Source: Octopus sinensis
Taxonomy: Eukaryota
Assembly: GCF_006345805.1 (NCBI RefSeq)
Contig: NC_043014.1
Coordinates: 22,754,001 to 22,818,000 of the forward strand
Reading direction: 5' to 3'
DNA length: 64,000 nucleotides
The notes beneath the pieces were generated by a model, which saw nothing but the letters and a program-made list of their open reading frames with translations, was not told the origin of the DNA and did no database searches. Made by a program: the position numbers and the translations under genes. Within the stretch, counting starts at the first letter, position 1, and each line of letters begins with the position of its first letter. Shown piece after piece: positions 23,661-36,959 of this stretch.

Positions 23661-24371
23661 CATATGTATATTATATATATAATATGTGACAATTATTCGG
23701 TTGCCATAATAAAACTCCAAGTTTCAGATGTCGGGGCCAGAAAAAAATTGTGCACGACACACAACATGTTGTCCAGTGCTTTGATATTTCTGCTAGTTCA
23801 CAATTCTAGATTGATACTTCAGCAGAGTTTGAACACAGAACATAAGGTACAAGAATAAATACTGCAACACATGTCCTCCAGTTTTGATGACTTTGCCAAT
23901 TCACTTGCTCAATGTGCTGTATTGTGGGGTGGAAACTAAGACTGAAGGATAATGAAGCAAACTTCCCATGCACCCACTCAAACATATATGAATATGCTCA
24001 CAAATATAGATGAACATATATACATTCTGCACATATATACTACACATACATATGTATATTCAGACACATGCATATACAAACACACACCACACACACACAC
24101 ATACACAAACATACATATATACATACATACATGCATACATACATGCATACATACATACATACATACATGCATACATACATACATACATACATACATAAAT
24201 ACATGAATCAGCTAACCTCAAATAAGGAGTGTTTTGGACACCAACGAAGGAGGCAACAGACCTCTTCAGTGGAAATAGGGTGGAGAAGGGTGTAGCCAAG
24301 GTTAAGCTGTTACTTCTGTGGCACTCACTGATGAGAAAGAGTGAAGGAGGGGAAGGAGAGGAGTAAGGTAG

Positions 24372-24408
<37 letters not shown>

Positions 24409-24856
24409 AGTGGTAGTAATTATTGTTTCCACATCCAAAAACATTCCAAAATTCTTACATGTTTCCATTATGTTCAAAATTTATCCTAAACTATCCTCCA
24501 TTGGTCTTTTTTTTATGTGTTTGTATGTGTAAAGTAATTGTTATCGTTATTGAAGACTATTTTCTTCATACTTTTCTCCCCACCCCACTCCACCCCACAC
24601 ACACATCGTTCACGCTAAATTTTTACACCTGGTATTTCGGTCAAAATGCTTAGCATGTAACTTTCATTTTAGCCAGTCTAGTCTTTGGCAAAATCCCATA
24701 TTCATCATTGGAGAAAAAAGTGTATCCAATCCAAAGACCAGACAGTTTCTAATACAAGGAAATTACTTCATTTTCTTTTATTTGTCTGTTTTTGTTTTTT
24801 CATTATTTGTTGGAAATTCCACCTCACTGTTCAAATCTGTTTATGGATTACCAGTA

Positions 24857-25060
24857 TTAAGACATGACTAGCACTAAGACATTGCTGATGATAAGATACT
24901 ACTCCTACTATGACATTGTTCATGTTAAGACATTGCAGGCTCTAAGACATTACCAGCACAAGACATGACTAGCAATAAGACATTGCTTATACTAAAATAC
25001 TGCTAACATAAAGACATTGCCAGTGCTAAGATGCTTCCAGTATAAAAATATTGTCAGTGT
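24857..25060. repeat. Degenerate ~17-bp minisatellite (TAAGACATTGC-based)
   Basis: About 11 recurrences of (T)AAGACAT(T/G) at regular spacing. Confidence 0.7.
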
Positions 25061-25465
25061 TTAGGTATGCAGTATGATTTGGTTACTACATAGAAGCTTC
25101 CTTGTTGGCCTGGTTTGAAGTCAACTTAAATAAAGAGCAAAGATGTTGACACTCATGAAAGCCAAATGAAAGTATATTTTGTATTATATATACTCCCTTA
25201 TAGGTGAATAAGTGTAGGATATTGACTGTACTGTTTTTGGAATGCAAACTTATAGATAGCATGAACAAATGGCTTTTCTCTCCCAAAAATACAAAGCAAA
25301 GAAAGGATTTTTCAACACATTTGAAATCGTGTTTATGTTTACAATTATGTTAGAGTTATTTTTCATAACTTAACAGTTTGACAAATAAAGGCAAAAATGT
25401 ACAAGTTTGAAATAAGTACTTGGGTCTGTAGGATTGATTAAACTATTAACTAAAAATAATCAAGC

Positions 25466-25800
25466 TTGCTTCCCGACTACATGGTTCCGTGTTCACTTCC
25501 ACTACTTGGCAGCTTGGGTAAGCCTTGTGAGAGGATCTGTTAGATGGAAACTGAAAGAAGCCCATCATATATGTATTTAAGTATACATCTATGTGTATTT
25601 GTGTCTGTGTTTCTCTCTTACCATCACTTGACAACTAGTTATTGGTGTGCTTATATCTCCGTAACTTAGTGGTGCGGCTAAAGTGACTTGTAGAATAAGT
25701 ACTAGGATTAAAAAAAGTAAGTCTTGGGTTTGTTCAACTAAAAACCCCTTCAAGATGGTACCCTAGCTGGCCGCAGTCAAACAACTGAAACAAGTAAAGG
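25466..25800 (+). mobile_element. tRNA-derived CORE-like SINE, degenerate
   Basis: GCTTGCTTCCCGACTACATGGTTCCGTGTTCA...GGAAACTGAAAGAAGCCC...AATAAGTACTAGG...ACTGAAACAAGTAAA. Confidence 0.7.
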
Positions 25801-25848
25801 AAATAGTAAAAGAAATAAAACAAAAAACATTGTTTTATGTATATACAC

Positions 25849-25884
<36 letters not shown>

Positions 25885-26025
25885 ATATGTTTATTTTTTC
25901 ACCCATGCCAGCATGGAAAGTGGACGTTAAATGATAATGATGATGATGATGATATTATATATATATATATATAGTGGTACATATATACATATATATACTT
26001 ATATGTATATATATATATATTCATA

Positions 26026-26065
<40 letters not shown>

Positions 26066-26224
26066 CTTATATGTATACATACATACATACATATATATCA
26101 CAGCAGGGAATGTATCAGGACATGAAATGTAAAAGCTGGACTGGACTATTTTATGTGCAACTCTATTGTCTCCCGAGACAAAAAGGATGCCAACAACAAC
26201 AACATATATATGTATTCTTATTCT

Positions 26225-27045
26225 TTTATTCCATTACTTGTTTTAGTCATTTAATTGTGGGCATGCTGGAGCACCACTTTTAGTCTAACAAATTAACCTC
26301 AGGACTTATTCTTTGTCAGCCTAGTACTTATTCTATTGGTCCCTTTTGCCAAACTGCTAGGTTACAGGTATGTAAACACACAAACATCAGTTTTCAAACG
26401 ATGGTAGGGACAAACACAGACACACAAATACATACATACATACATATATATATACGTACACAACAAGCTTCTTTCAGTTTCCCTCTACCAAATCTACTCA
26501 CAAGGTTTTGGTTGGCCCAAGGCTACAGTATCAGACACTTGACCAAGATACCACACAGTGGGACTGAACAAGGAACCATGTCGTTGGGAAGCAAGCTTCT
26601 TACAACACAGCCACTCCTGCGCCTATATCATCTTTCCTTATCATTTTTCATTTGTCTCAGTCATTAGACTGCAGCCATTCTGGTGCACTGCCTTGAAGAA
26701 TTTTTAGTTAAATGTATCAACCTCCAGTACTTATTTCCTTATTACCTCTTATAGTCAATACGTACTTATTACCTCCAGCACGTATTATCAGCCTCTTATG
26801 CCGAACTGCTAAGTTACTGGGATGTAAACACACCAGTACTGGTTGTCAAAGTGTGGGTGGGGATACAAAGACACACACACATACATATATAATTGGCTTC
26901 TTTTAGTTTCATATATGAGATCCATTCACTAAGCTTTGGTTGGCCTGAGCCTATAGTAGAAGACACTTGTCTAGGGTGTCACACAATGGGACTGAGCTCT
27001 GAATCATGTGGCTGGGAAGCCAGCTTCTTATCAGACAGCCACACT
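26225..27045 (-). mobile_element. Two tandem copies of the CORE-like SINE
   Basis: Copies at ~26225-26625 and ~26655-27045, each homologous to 12460-12750. Confidence 0.8.
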
Positions 27046-27075
27046 CACACCTATATATATATATATATATATATT

Positions 27076-30000
27076 AAGGTATGTAGAAAAATACAACATG
27101 GACAAGAACGTATAACTCTTAGAAGACGACACAATAAACACGGACAGGACACTCGAAACCCTCAGTCTTCAGTCAAGAACCGGATCATCGTAGTAATTTC
27201 GGCTGATTAATCTTGAGATTACTAGATCACGGCCAGCCCTCCAAGAAAAACTAAGCAACGAGCATTAGAAAAACTAAGCTGGAAGCGTAGATTTCCTGGA
27301 AGAAGGATCGAATGCATACGAACACCAGGACAGCAAAAGGGACAGATATAAAAAAAAAAAAAAAAAAAAAAAAAAGACAATAATGGAATACAGAAACATG
27401 AAATACAGAAACATGAAATACAGAAGCATTAACGGTGAAAACAACAAGTGTCTTACGACTGATAACAAGCAAACAAATTTTTTCTCTGGCGCATTGGAAG
27501 AAGCCTTTATAGCGGCGGACGAAAAACAACGATGTTGACACGACGAGGGTCAGGAGCTGAAAGGCAGATTTCGGCCAACAGTCACGTGACAGAGAAGAGG
27601 GAAAGAAAAGAAAGAGAAGCAAAGGAAGAGAGAGAGGAGGAGGGACAAACGCAACAAGAGGGAGAAGAGAGAGAAAGAAGGAATCAGAGAGGGGAAGGGA
27701 TGGGTGTCGAAGAATGACCTGTGAGTGCAGAGCGAGACAAAGAATAGGAGGGTAGTGGAAGACTAGACCAAAGAATCAGAGGAAAGAGAAGAGAAAAAGA
27801 GGATGAGTAGAGAGAAAAGAGAGAGAGGGGGACAGATCAAGTAAAAATGAGAGAGAGAGAGAGACAAACAGAGAGTCGTACCAATTATTAAGAATATGTG
27901 CTCACATTAATGATAAGGGGTGTACGGGGCGCCTGGAATATATGTTAAGGTATGTAGAAAAATACAACATGGACAAGAACGTATAACTCTTAGAAGACGA
28001 CACAATAAACACGGACAGGACACTCGAAACCCTCAGTCTTCAGTCAAGACCGGATCATCGTAGTAATTTCGGCTGATTAATCTTGAGATTACTAGATCAC
28101 GGCCAGCCCTCCAAGAAAAACTAAGCAACGAGCATTAGAAAAACTAAGCTGGAAGCGTAGATTCCTGGAAGAAGGATCGAATGCATACGAACACAGGACA
28201 GCAAAAGGGACAGATATAAAAAAAAAAAAAAAAAAAAAAAAACAATAATGGAATACAGAAACATGAAATACAGAAGCATTAACGGTGAAAACACAAGTGT
28301 CTTACGACTGATAACAAGCAAACAAATTTTTTCTCTGGCGCATTGGAAGAAGCCTTTATAGCGGCGGACGAAAAACAACGATGTTGACACGACGAGGGTC
28401 AGGAGCTGAAAGGCAGATTTCGGCCAACAGTCACGTGACAGAGAAGAGGAAAGAAAAGAAAGAGAAGCAAAGGAAGAGAGAGAGAGAGGGGAGGGACAAA
28501 CGCAACAAAGAGAGAGAAGAGAGAGAAAGAAGGAATCAGAGAGGAGAAGGGATGGGTGTCGAAGAATGACCTGTGAGTGCAGAGCGAGACAAAGAAATAG
28601 GAGGGTAGTGGAAGACTAGACCAAAGAATCAGAGGAAGAGAAGAAGAAAAGAGGATGAGTAGAGAGAAAAGAGAGAGAGGGGGACAGATCAAGTAAAAAT
28701 GAGAGAGAGAGAGAGACAAACAGAGAGTCGTACCAATTATTAAGAATATGTGCACATTAATGATAAGGGGGGTACGGGGCGCCTGGAATATATGTTAAGG
28801 TATGTAGAAAAATACAACATGGACAAGAACGTATAACTCTTAGAAGACGACACAATAAACACGGACAGGACACTCGAAACCCTCAGTCTTCAGTCAAGAA
28901 CCGGATCATCGTAGTAATTTCGGCTGATTAATCTTGAGATTACTAGATCACGGCCAGCCCTCCAAGAAAAACTAAGCAACGAGCATTAGAAAAACTAAGC
29001 TGGAAGCGTAGATTTCCTGGAAGAGGGATCGAATGCATACGAACACCAGGACAGCAAAAGGGACAGATATAAAAAAAAAAGAAAACAAAAAACAATAATG
29101 GAATACAGAAACATGAAATACAGAAGCATTAACGGTGAAAACAACAAGTGTCTTACGACTGATAACAAGCAAACAAATTTTATCTCTGGCGCATTGGAAG
29201 AAGCCTTTATAGCGGCGGACGAAAAACAACGATGTTGACACGACGAGGGTCAGGAGCTGAAAGGCAGATTTCGGCCAACAGTCACGTGACAGAGAAGAGG
29301 GAAAGAAAAGAAAGAGAAGCAAAGGAAGAGAGAGAGAGAGGGGAGGGACAAACGCAACAAAGAGAGAGAAGAGAGAGAAAGAAGGAATCAGAGAGGAGAA
29401 GGGATGGGTGTCGAAGAATGACCTGTGAGTGCAGAGCGAGACAAAGAAATAGGAGGGTAGTGGAAGACTAGACCAAAGAATCAGAGGAAAGAGAAGAGAA
29501 AAAGAGGATGAGTAGAGAGAAAAGAGATGAGGGGGACAGATCAAGTAAAGGAGAGAGAGAGAGAGACAAACAGAGAGTCGTACAATTATTAAGAATATGT
29601 GCTCAACTAATGATAAGGGGGGTACGGGGCGCCTGAATATATGTTAAGGTATGTAGAAAAATACAACATGGACAAGAACGTATAACTCTTAGAAGACGAC
29701 ACAATAAACACGGACAGGACACTCGAAACCCTCAGTCTTCAGTCAAGAACCGGATCATCGTAGTAATTTCGGCTGATTAATCTTGAGATTACTAGATCAC
29801 GGCCAGCCCTCCAAGAAAAACTAAGCAACGAGCATTAGAAAAACTAAGCTGGAAGCGTAGATTTCCTGGAAGAGGGATCGAATGCATACGAACACCAGGA
29901 CAGCAAAAGGGACAGATATAAAAAAAAAAGAAAACAAAAAACAATAATGGAATACAGAAACATGAAATACAGAAGCATTAACGGTGAAAACAACAAGTGT

Positions 30001-33000
30001 TAGACGACTGATAACAAGCAAACAAATTTTATCTCTGGCGCATTGGAAGAGCCTTTATAGCGGCGGACGAAAAACAACGATGTTGACACGACGAGGGTCA
30101 GGAGCTGAAAGGCAGATTTCGGCCAACAGTCACGTGACAGAGAAGAGGGAAAGAAAAGAAAGAGAAGCAAGGAAGAGAGAGAGAGAGAGAGAGAGGGGAG
30201 GACAAACGCACACAAGAGAGAGAAGAGAGAGAAAGAAGGAATCAGAGAGGAGAAGAAGGGCTGTGTGTCGAAGAATGACCTGTGAGTGCAGAGCGAGACA
30301 AAGAAATAGGAGGGTAGTGGAAGACTAGACCAAAGAATCAGAGGAAAGAGAAGAGAAAAAGAGGATGAGTAGAGAGAAAAGAGAGAGAGGGGGACAGATC
30401 AAGTAAAAATGAGAGAGAGAGAGAGACAAACAGGAGTCGTACCAATTATTAAGAATATGTGCTCACATTAATGATAAGGGGGGTACGGGGCGCCTGGATA
30501 TATGTTAAGGTATGTAGAAAAATACAACATGGACAAGAACGTATAACTCTTAGAAGACGACACAATAAACACGGACAGGACACTCGAAACCCTCAGTCTT
30601 CAGTCAAGAACCGGATCATCGTAGTAATTTCGGCTGATTAATCTTGAGATTACTAGATCACGGCCAGCCCTCCAAGAAAAACTAAGCAACGAGCATTAGA
30701 AAAAACTAAGCTGGAAGCGTAGATTTCCTGGAAGAAGGATCGAATGCAAACGAACACCAGGACAGCAAAAGGGACAGATAAAAAAAAAAAAAAAAAAAAA
30801 AAACAATAATGGAATACAGAAACATGAAATACAGAAGCATTAACGGTGAAAACAACAAGTGTCTTACGACTGATAACAAGCAAACAATTTTTTCTCTGGC
30901 GCATTGGAAGAAGCCTTTATAGCGGCGGACGAAAAACAACGATGTTGACACGACGAGGGTCAGGAGCTGAAAGGCAGATTTCGGCCAACAGTCACGTGAC
31001 AGAGAAGAGGGAAAGAAAAGAAAGAGAAGCAAAGGAGAGAGAGAGAGAGGGGAGGGACAAACGCAACAAAGAGAGAGAAGAAGAGAGAGAAGAAGGAATC
31101 AGAGAGGAGAAGGGATGGGTGTCGAAGAATGACCTGTGAGTGCAGAGCGAGACAAAGAAATAGGAGGGTAGTGGAAGACTAGACCAAAGAATCAGAGGAA
31201 GAGAAGAGAAAAAGAGGATGAGTAGAGAGAAAAGAGAGAGAGGGGGACAGATCAAGTAAAAATGAGAGAGAGAGAGACAAACAGAGAGTCGTACCAATTA
31301 TTAAGAATATGTGCTCACATTAATGATAAGGGGGGTACGGGGCGCCTGGAATATATGTTAAGGTATGTAGAAAAATACAACATGGACAAGAACGTATAAC
31401 TCTTAGAAGACGACACAATAAACACGGACAGGACACTCGAACCCTCAGTCTTCAGTCAAGAACCGGATCATCGTAGTAATTTCGGCTGATTAATCTTGAG
31501 ATTACTAGATCACGGCCAGCCCTCCAAGAAAAACTAAGCAACGAGCATTAGAAAAACTAAGCTGGAAGCGTAGATTTCCTGGAAGAGGGATCGAATGCAT
31601 ACGAACACCAGGACAGCAAAAGGGACAGATATAAAAAAAAAAAAAAACAAAAAACAATAATGGAATACAGAAACATGAAATACAGAAGCATTAACGGTGA
31701 AAACAACAAGTGTCTTACGACTGAAAACAAGCAAACAAATTTTTTCTCTGGCGCATTGGAAGAAGCCTTTATAGCGGCGGACGAAAAACAACGATGTTGA
31801 CACGACGAGGGTCAGGAGCTGAAAGGCAGATTTCGGCCAACAGTCACGTGACAGAGAAGAGGGAAAGAAAAGAAAGAGAAGCAAAGGAAGAGAGAGAGAG
31901 AGGGGAGGGACAAACGCAACAAAGAGAGAGAAGAGAGAGAAAGAAGGAATCAGAGAGGAGAAGGGATGGGTGTCGAAGAATGACCTGTGAGTGCAGAGCG
32001 AGACAAAGAAATAGGAGGGTAGTGGAAGACTAGACCAAAGAATCAGAGGAAAGAGAAGAGAAAAAGAGGATGAGTAGAGAGAAAAGAGAGAGAGGGGGAC
32101 AGATCAAGTAAAAATGAGAGAGAGAGAGAGACAAACAGAGAGTCGTACCAATTATTAAGAATATGTGCTCACATTAATGATAAGGGGGGTACGGGGCGCC
32201 TGGAATATGTTAAGGTATGTAGAAAAATACAACATGGACAAGAACGTATAACTCTTAGAAGACGACACATAAACACGGACAGGACACTCGAAACCCTCAG
32301 TCTTCAGTCAAGAACCGGATCATCGTAGTAATTTCGGCTGATTAATCTTGAGATTACTAGATCACGGCCAGCCCTCCAAGAAAAACTAAGCAACGAGCAT
32401 TAGAAAAACTAAGCTGGAAGCGTAGATTTCCTGGAAGAAGGATCGAATGCATACGAACACCAGGACAGCAAAAGGGACAGATATAAAAAAAAAAAAAAAA
32501 AAAAAAAACAATAATGGAATACAGAAACATGAAATACAGAAGCATTAACGGTGAAAACAACAAGTGTCTTACGACTGATAACAAGCAAACAAATTTTTTC
32601 TCTGGCGCATTGGAAGAAGCCTTTATAGCGGCGGACGAAAAACAACGATGTTGACACGACGAGGGTCAGGAGCTGAAAGGCAGATTTCGGCCAACAGTCA
32701 CGTGACAGAGAAGAGGGAAAGAAAAGAAAGAGAAGCAAAGGAAGAGAGAGAGAGAGGAGGGACAAACGCAACAAAGAGAGAGAAGAGAGAGAAAGAAGGA
32801 ATCAGAGAGGAGAAGGGATGGGTGTCGAAGAATGACTTGTGAGTGCAGAGCGAGACAAAGAAATAGGAGGGTAGTGGAAGACTAGACCAAAGAATCAGAG
32901 GAAAGAGAAGAGAAAAAGAGGATGAGTAGAGAGAAAAGAGAGAGAGGGGGACAGATCAAGTAAAAATGAGAGAGAGAGGGAGACAAACAGAGAGTCGTAC

Positions 33001-33267
33001 CAATTATTAAGAATATGTGCTCACATTAATGATAAGGGGGGTACGGGGCACCTGGAATATATGTTAAGGTATGTAGAAAAATACAACATGGACAAGAACG
33101 TATAACTCTTAGAAGACGACACAATAAACACGGACAGGACACTCGAAACCCTCAGTCTTCAGTCAAGAACCGGATCATCGTAGTAATTTCGGCTGATTAT
33201 CTTGAGATTACTAGATCACGGCCAGCCCTCCAAGAAAAACTAAGCAACGAGCATTAGAAAAACTAAG

Positions 33268-33270
<3 letters not shown>
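27076..33270. repeat. Tandem array of ~855-bp units: 7 full copies plus a ~207-bp partial
   Basis: The unit start TTAAGGTATGTAGAAAAATAC recurs at ~27076, 27945, 28795, 29644, 30505, 31358, 32210 and 33064. Bounded by (TA)n on both sides. Confidence 0.95.
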
Positions 33271-33346
<76 letters not shown>

Positions 33347-33357
33347 CATACATATAT

Positions 33358-33400
<43 letters not shown>

Positions 33401-33402
<2 letters not shown>

Positions 33403-33703
33403 AGGCGCAATAGCCTAGTGGTTAGGGCAGCGGACTCGCGGTCGCAGGATCGCGGTTTTGATTCCCAGACCGGGCGTTGTGAGTGTTTATTGAGCGAAAA
33501 CACCTAAAAGCTCCACGAGGCTCTGGCAGGGGGTGGTGATCCCTGCTGTACTCTTTCACCGCTCTTTCTCCCACTCTTTCTTCTTTTGGCCTGCTTGCTT
33601 AGCCAGCGGGGTGGCGTCATTCGAAGGCTAAAACAATGCGAACACATTGTGACCAGCGATGTGTAACAACATCTGATGGTCTGGTCGGTCACGTGATCAC
33701 GTG

Positions 33704-33704
<1 letters not shown>
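33401..33704 (+). mobile_element. tRNA-derived SINE inserted in (TA)n
   Basis: GGAGGCGCAATAGCCTAGTGG (A box) and GGTTTTGATTCCC (B-box-like), followed by a non-tRNA body. Confidence 0.8.
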
Positions 33705-33765
<61 letters not shown>

Positions 33766-33769
33766 TAAT

Positions 33770-36195
33770 AGTAGGGAACTTAATAACTTTGATATACTAT
33801 TAACTGAAAAAATTGTAAAGTCTAAATAATTTAAATACTAAATATGTGAAATACATAATATAATAAATATAAATTAAGCTAAAATTAATATAATCTATTT
33901 TCATTAATTTATTGATTTATTTTATAAACATCTAATTTTCAACTTATTCTAATTATTTAATATAGACTATTTATCTAATTATTTATTTATTTAATATAGA
34001 CTATATAATATAAGGCGGTCTATATAGGGATGACATTTTATTAATAACTAAGAATTGCACTAATAGAACACTAGAATTATATCATAAGAAACTATATAAT
34101 TTTTTTTTTTAAATGGATTGAGTATTACTATATATAATGAGAACTATAATGTTAATTATTTAGATGCTAATTTTAATTTGATAACAGGTAAAACCCAAAC
34201 ATTCCATAAAATTAATGAAAACCTTAGATATATTAATGCTAATAGTAATCATCTACCTTCTATTAAGAAATCATTGATAGATAATATAGGCAAAAGAATA
34301 TCGTTGCTTTCTTCTAATTTTGAGATTTTCTAAACACACACACCTTATTATAATGAAGCCCTGTGAGAGGCGGGATATAATAATATTATTAAATTCTTTA
34401 ATAATTCTAAATATGATTATAATATAAAAGATCATAATATAAATAATTCCTATATATATTTTATAATAATAAACCTAACATTAAGAATTATGATACATTT
34501 TATTTAGGTAATCATGGTATTAATAATATGTATTATGATAATACAAAACATAAATATAATAATAGATTACAAAATAAGATTAAATTTCAATCATTTAATG
34601 TTAATAATAAATTTAATAATATAAAAAATAAATATAATAAATATGATAATATTAATAAGAACAAAATTTGGTTAATTATTCCTTATGGAGCTCAAGTTAA
34701 AACAAACCTTATTGAAGAGATTTTAACTATAAATGAAGTATTCATTAGAAATAATAAAAAATATAACATTTTTTCTAGTAATAATTTTGGAATTGGTTAT
34801 TCTACTACTAATAATGTAGGTAACATTATTTCTTCTTTTAATAAATTTAAGCTGAATAAATTTTACAAAAACAAATCAAATAATTATTGCAATAATAATA
34901 ATAATATATTTAATTGTACATGTAGAGATAAAACTAAATGTAATTTCGATGATGTAGTATATAAATGTGTAGTGAATTTGATTGATGATAATAATAGGAA
35001 TGGTTATATTTTAAATGCAATGTACATAGGGTCGACTGCTAATAAAATTAAATTACGGGTGGCTCAATACATGAATTCTTTTAAGAATACAAATTTAATT
35101 AATTCTACTGGCCTTAGTAATTATATATGAGAACTAAAATCTAAAAATATTAAGTACAATTTAAATTGGGAGATAGTTTGTAAGGCAAAATCATATCAAA
35201 TAGGTAGTAATTTTTGTTTATTATGTACTAACGAATTTAAGGAGATATTATTAACTAATAATAAAAATTTAATAATCTTCCTTGACGAACGAAAAATTAA
35301 ATGTAGACATAAATTAAATTATTTATATAATAAGTTTAGCTAATTTGTGTATATATATAAACCTTGTTTTATGTTATTAATTGCAGTAGTTTTAATTTGT
35401 AGTAGTAAAATGTGTATAAATTAGCATGAGATTATACAGTCTATATCAAATAATTAGAATAAGTTGAAAATTAGATGTTTATAAAATAAATGAATTAATT
35501 AATGAAAATAGATTATATTAATTTTAGCTTAATTTATATTTATTATATTATGTATTTAACGTATTTAGTATTTGAATTATTTAGACTTTACAATTTTTCC
35601 AGTTAATAGTATATTAAAGTTAAGTTTTTTCCTTAATCTTACAGCTAAAACACATTTGTAATTTTAATAGCTTAAATGCATATTTCTATCTATTTCTTCT
35701 ATAAATTCTATTTATGCCATATTTTCATGCGATATATTTCTTATAAACACAAAGTTCGACGTTTTATGTTTAAATTTGTTAGTTAACGAAAATCCTTCGA
35801 CCAGATAAGTTATATTTTTATTTTTAAAAATATAGTTAAATGCTTTTCGATTATTTATAGTTAAGACACATATTTTTTATATATTTATTTGATAATTGGT
35901 TTAAGTTAAGATAAGTACATTTATTTTATTATTTATTATTTTAGACCTGATGAGTGACTATATTTTTTAATAGAATTAATTTTAGTTCGATTTAATTTTG
36001 AATCGAATTGATTTTATTATTATTATCTATTTGAAAATATAGCCATGAAATGTGCATAGTCTTTTTATTACTATTTACTATTTATTGTACTTTATTGATT
36101 TAAAATAAGGTTATTTTATAGTATGTTTTTCTATATGGTGTGAATAACATCTTTCTTTATTGAATTGTTTAATAGTGGTTTTTCTCTAAATTATA
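33770..36195 (+). mobile_element. Very AT-rich 5'-truncated Penelope-like element with an inverted terminal-repeat copy at its 5' end
   Basis: GLYRDDILLITK at ~34015-34050, GIY-YIG DDVVYKC...YIGST...CLLC at ~34950-35230. 33780-33970 is the reverse complement of ~35425-35625. Confidence 0.85.
35943..36062 (+). ncRNA. Type I hammerhead motif with a long stem II insert
   Basis: AGAC, CTGATGA, GTGACTATATTTT...AAAATATAGCCAT (stem II, 93 nt in total), GAAA, TGTGCA, TA, GTCT. Confidence 0.75.
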
Positions 36196-36355
36196 TATAT
36201 ATATAGGAGTGTTAGAGGCTGGAATAACTGTCTAAGGGATAAGAGTATTCGTTATACTACCAGTATAATTACCTATGTTAACCCTGGGCATACATATTCA
36301 AACATATTATTCTCATAGATTACAGGTAATGACAAAGATGAGTTTATCAGGAATC

Positions 36356-36670
36356 AAATTTAAAGTAAACAGAAAATGGAGAAATATTGATCAACAACAA
36401 TTTACTTACATCAATTATTAATTTTTGATCCAATACAAATAGACTGTATCCCCTCTGACAGCTATTTCTGCTTCCAATGTTATATGGTATTGCCATTGAT
36501 ATTCTAAAAGTAGTATCATTTCTAGAATATCAATGGCAATACCATATAACATTGGAAGCAGAAACAGCTGTTAGATGGGATACAGTCTACTTGTATTGAA
36601 TTAAAAATCAATAATTGATGTAAGTAAATTGTTGTTGATCAATACTTCATTTTCTGTTTACTTTAAATTT
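36356..36670. repeat. Near-perfect foldback (~150-bp arms)
   Basis: AAATTTAAAGTAAACAG...GATATTCTA pairs with TAGAATATC...CTGTTTACTTTAAATTT, centre near 36510. The right arm contains GAAACAGCTGT. A third partial arm lies at ~36772-36821. Confidence 0.9.
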
Positions 36671-36817
36671 ATATATATATATATACATACATATCATCAT
36701 CATCATCATCATCATTTAACGTCCGCTTTCCGTTAAATGATGATGATGATATGTATGTATATATATATATAATTTAAAGTAAACAGAAAATGAAGTATTG
36801 ATCAACAACAATTTACT

Positions 36818-36887
<70 letters not shown>

Positions 36888-36913
36888 CGTGTCTGTGTAT
36901 ACATGTATGTATG

Positions 36914-36947
<34 letters not shown>

Positions 36948-36959
36948 TGTATGTATGCT

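Noticed and set aside
27160-27206. Possible permuted (type II) hammerhead in each 855-bp unit: minus-strand GAAA…TC…CTGAAGA
   Set aside because: The core words are in the right order, but stem I does not form and stem II is out of register, so it is not called as a ribozyme.
27251-32842. Recurrent ORFs in the tandem array (e.g. MLTRRGSGAERQISANSH…)
   Set aside because: Frames shift between copies, composition is dictated by GA-rich tracts, and no domain is recognisable.
27076-33270. CRISPR-like or rDNA-like array
   Set aside because: Units are whole near-identical 855-bp repeats without unique spacers, no rRNA or tRNA sequence is recognisable, and the DNA is eukaryotic.
33401-33475. tRNA gene
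   Set aside because: A and B boxes are present, but the sequence continues into a SINE body and the T-loop is altered, so it is a SINE head.
34340-35135. In-frame TGA codons in the Penelope ORF as possible selenocysteine recoding
   Set aside because: They fall at positions expected to be Arg or Trp (EAL*EAGY, YI*ELK), other stop types also occur, and no SECIS was recognised. Simple decay is more likely.
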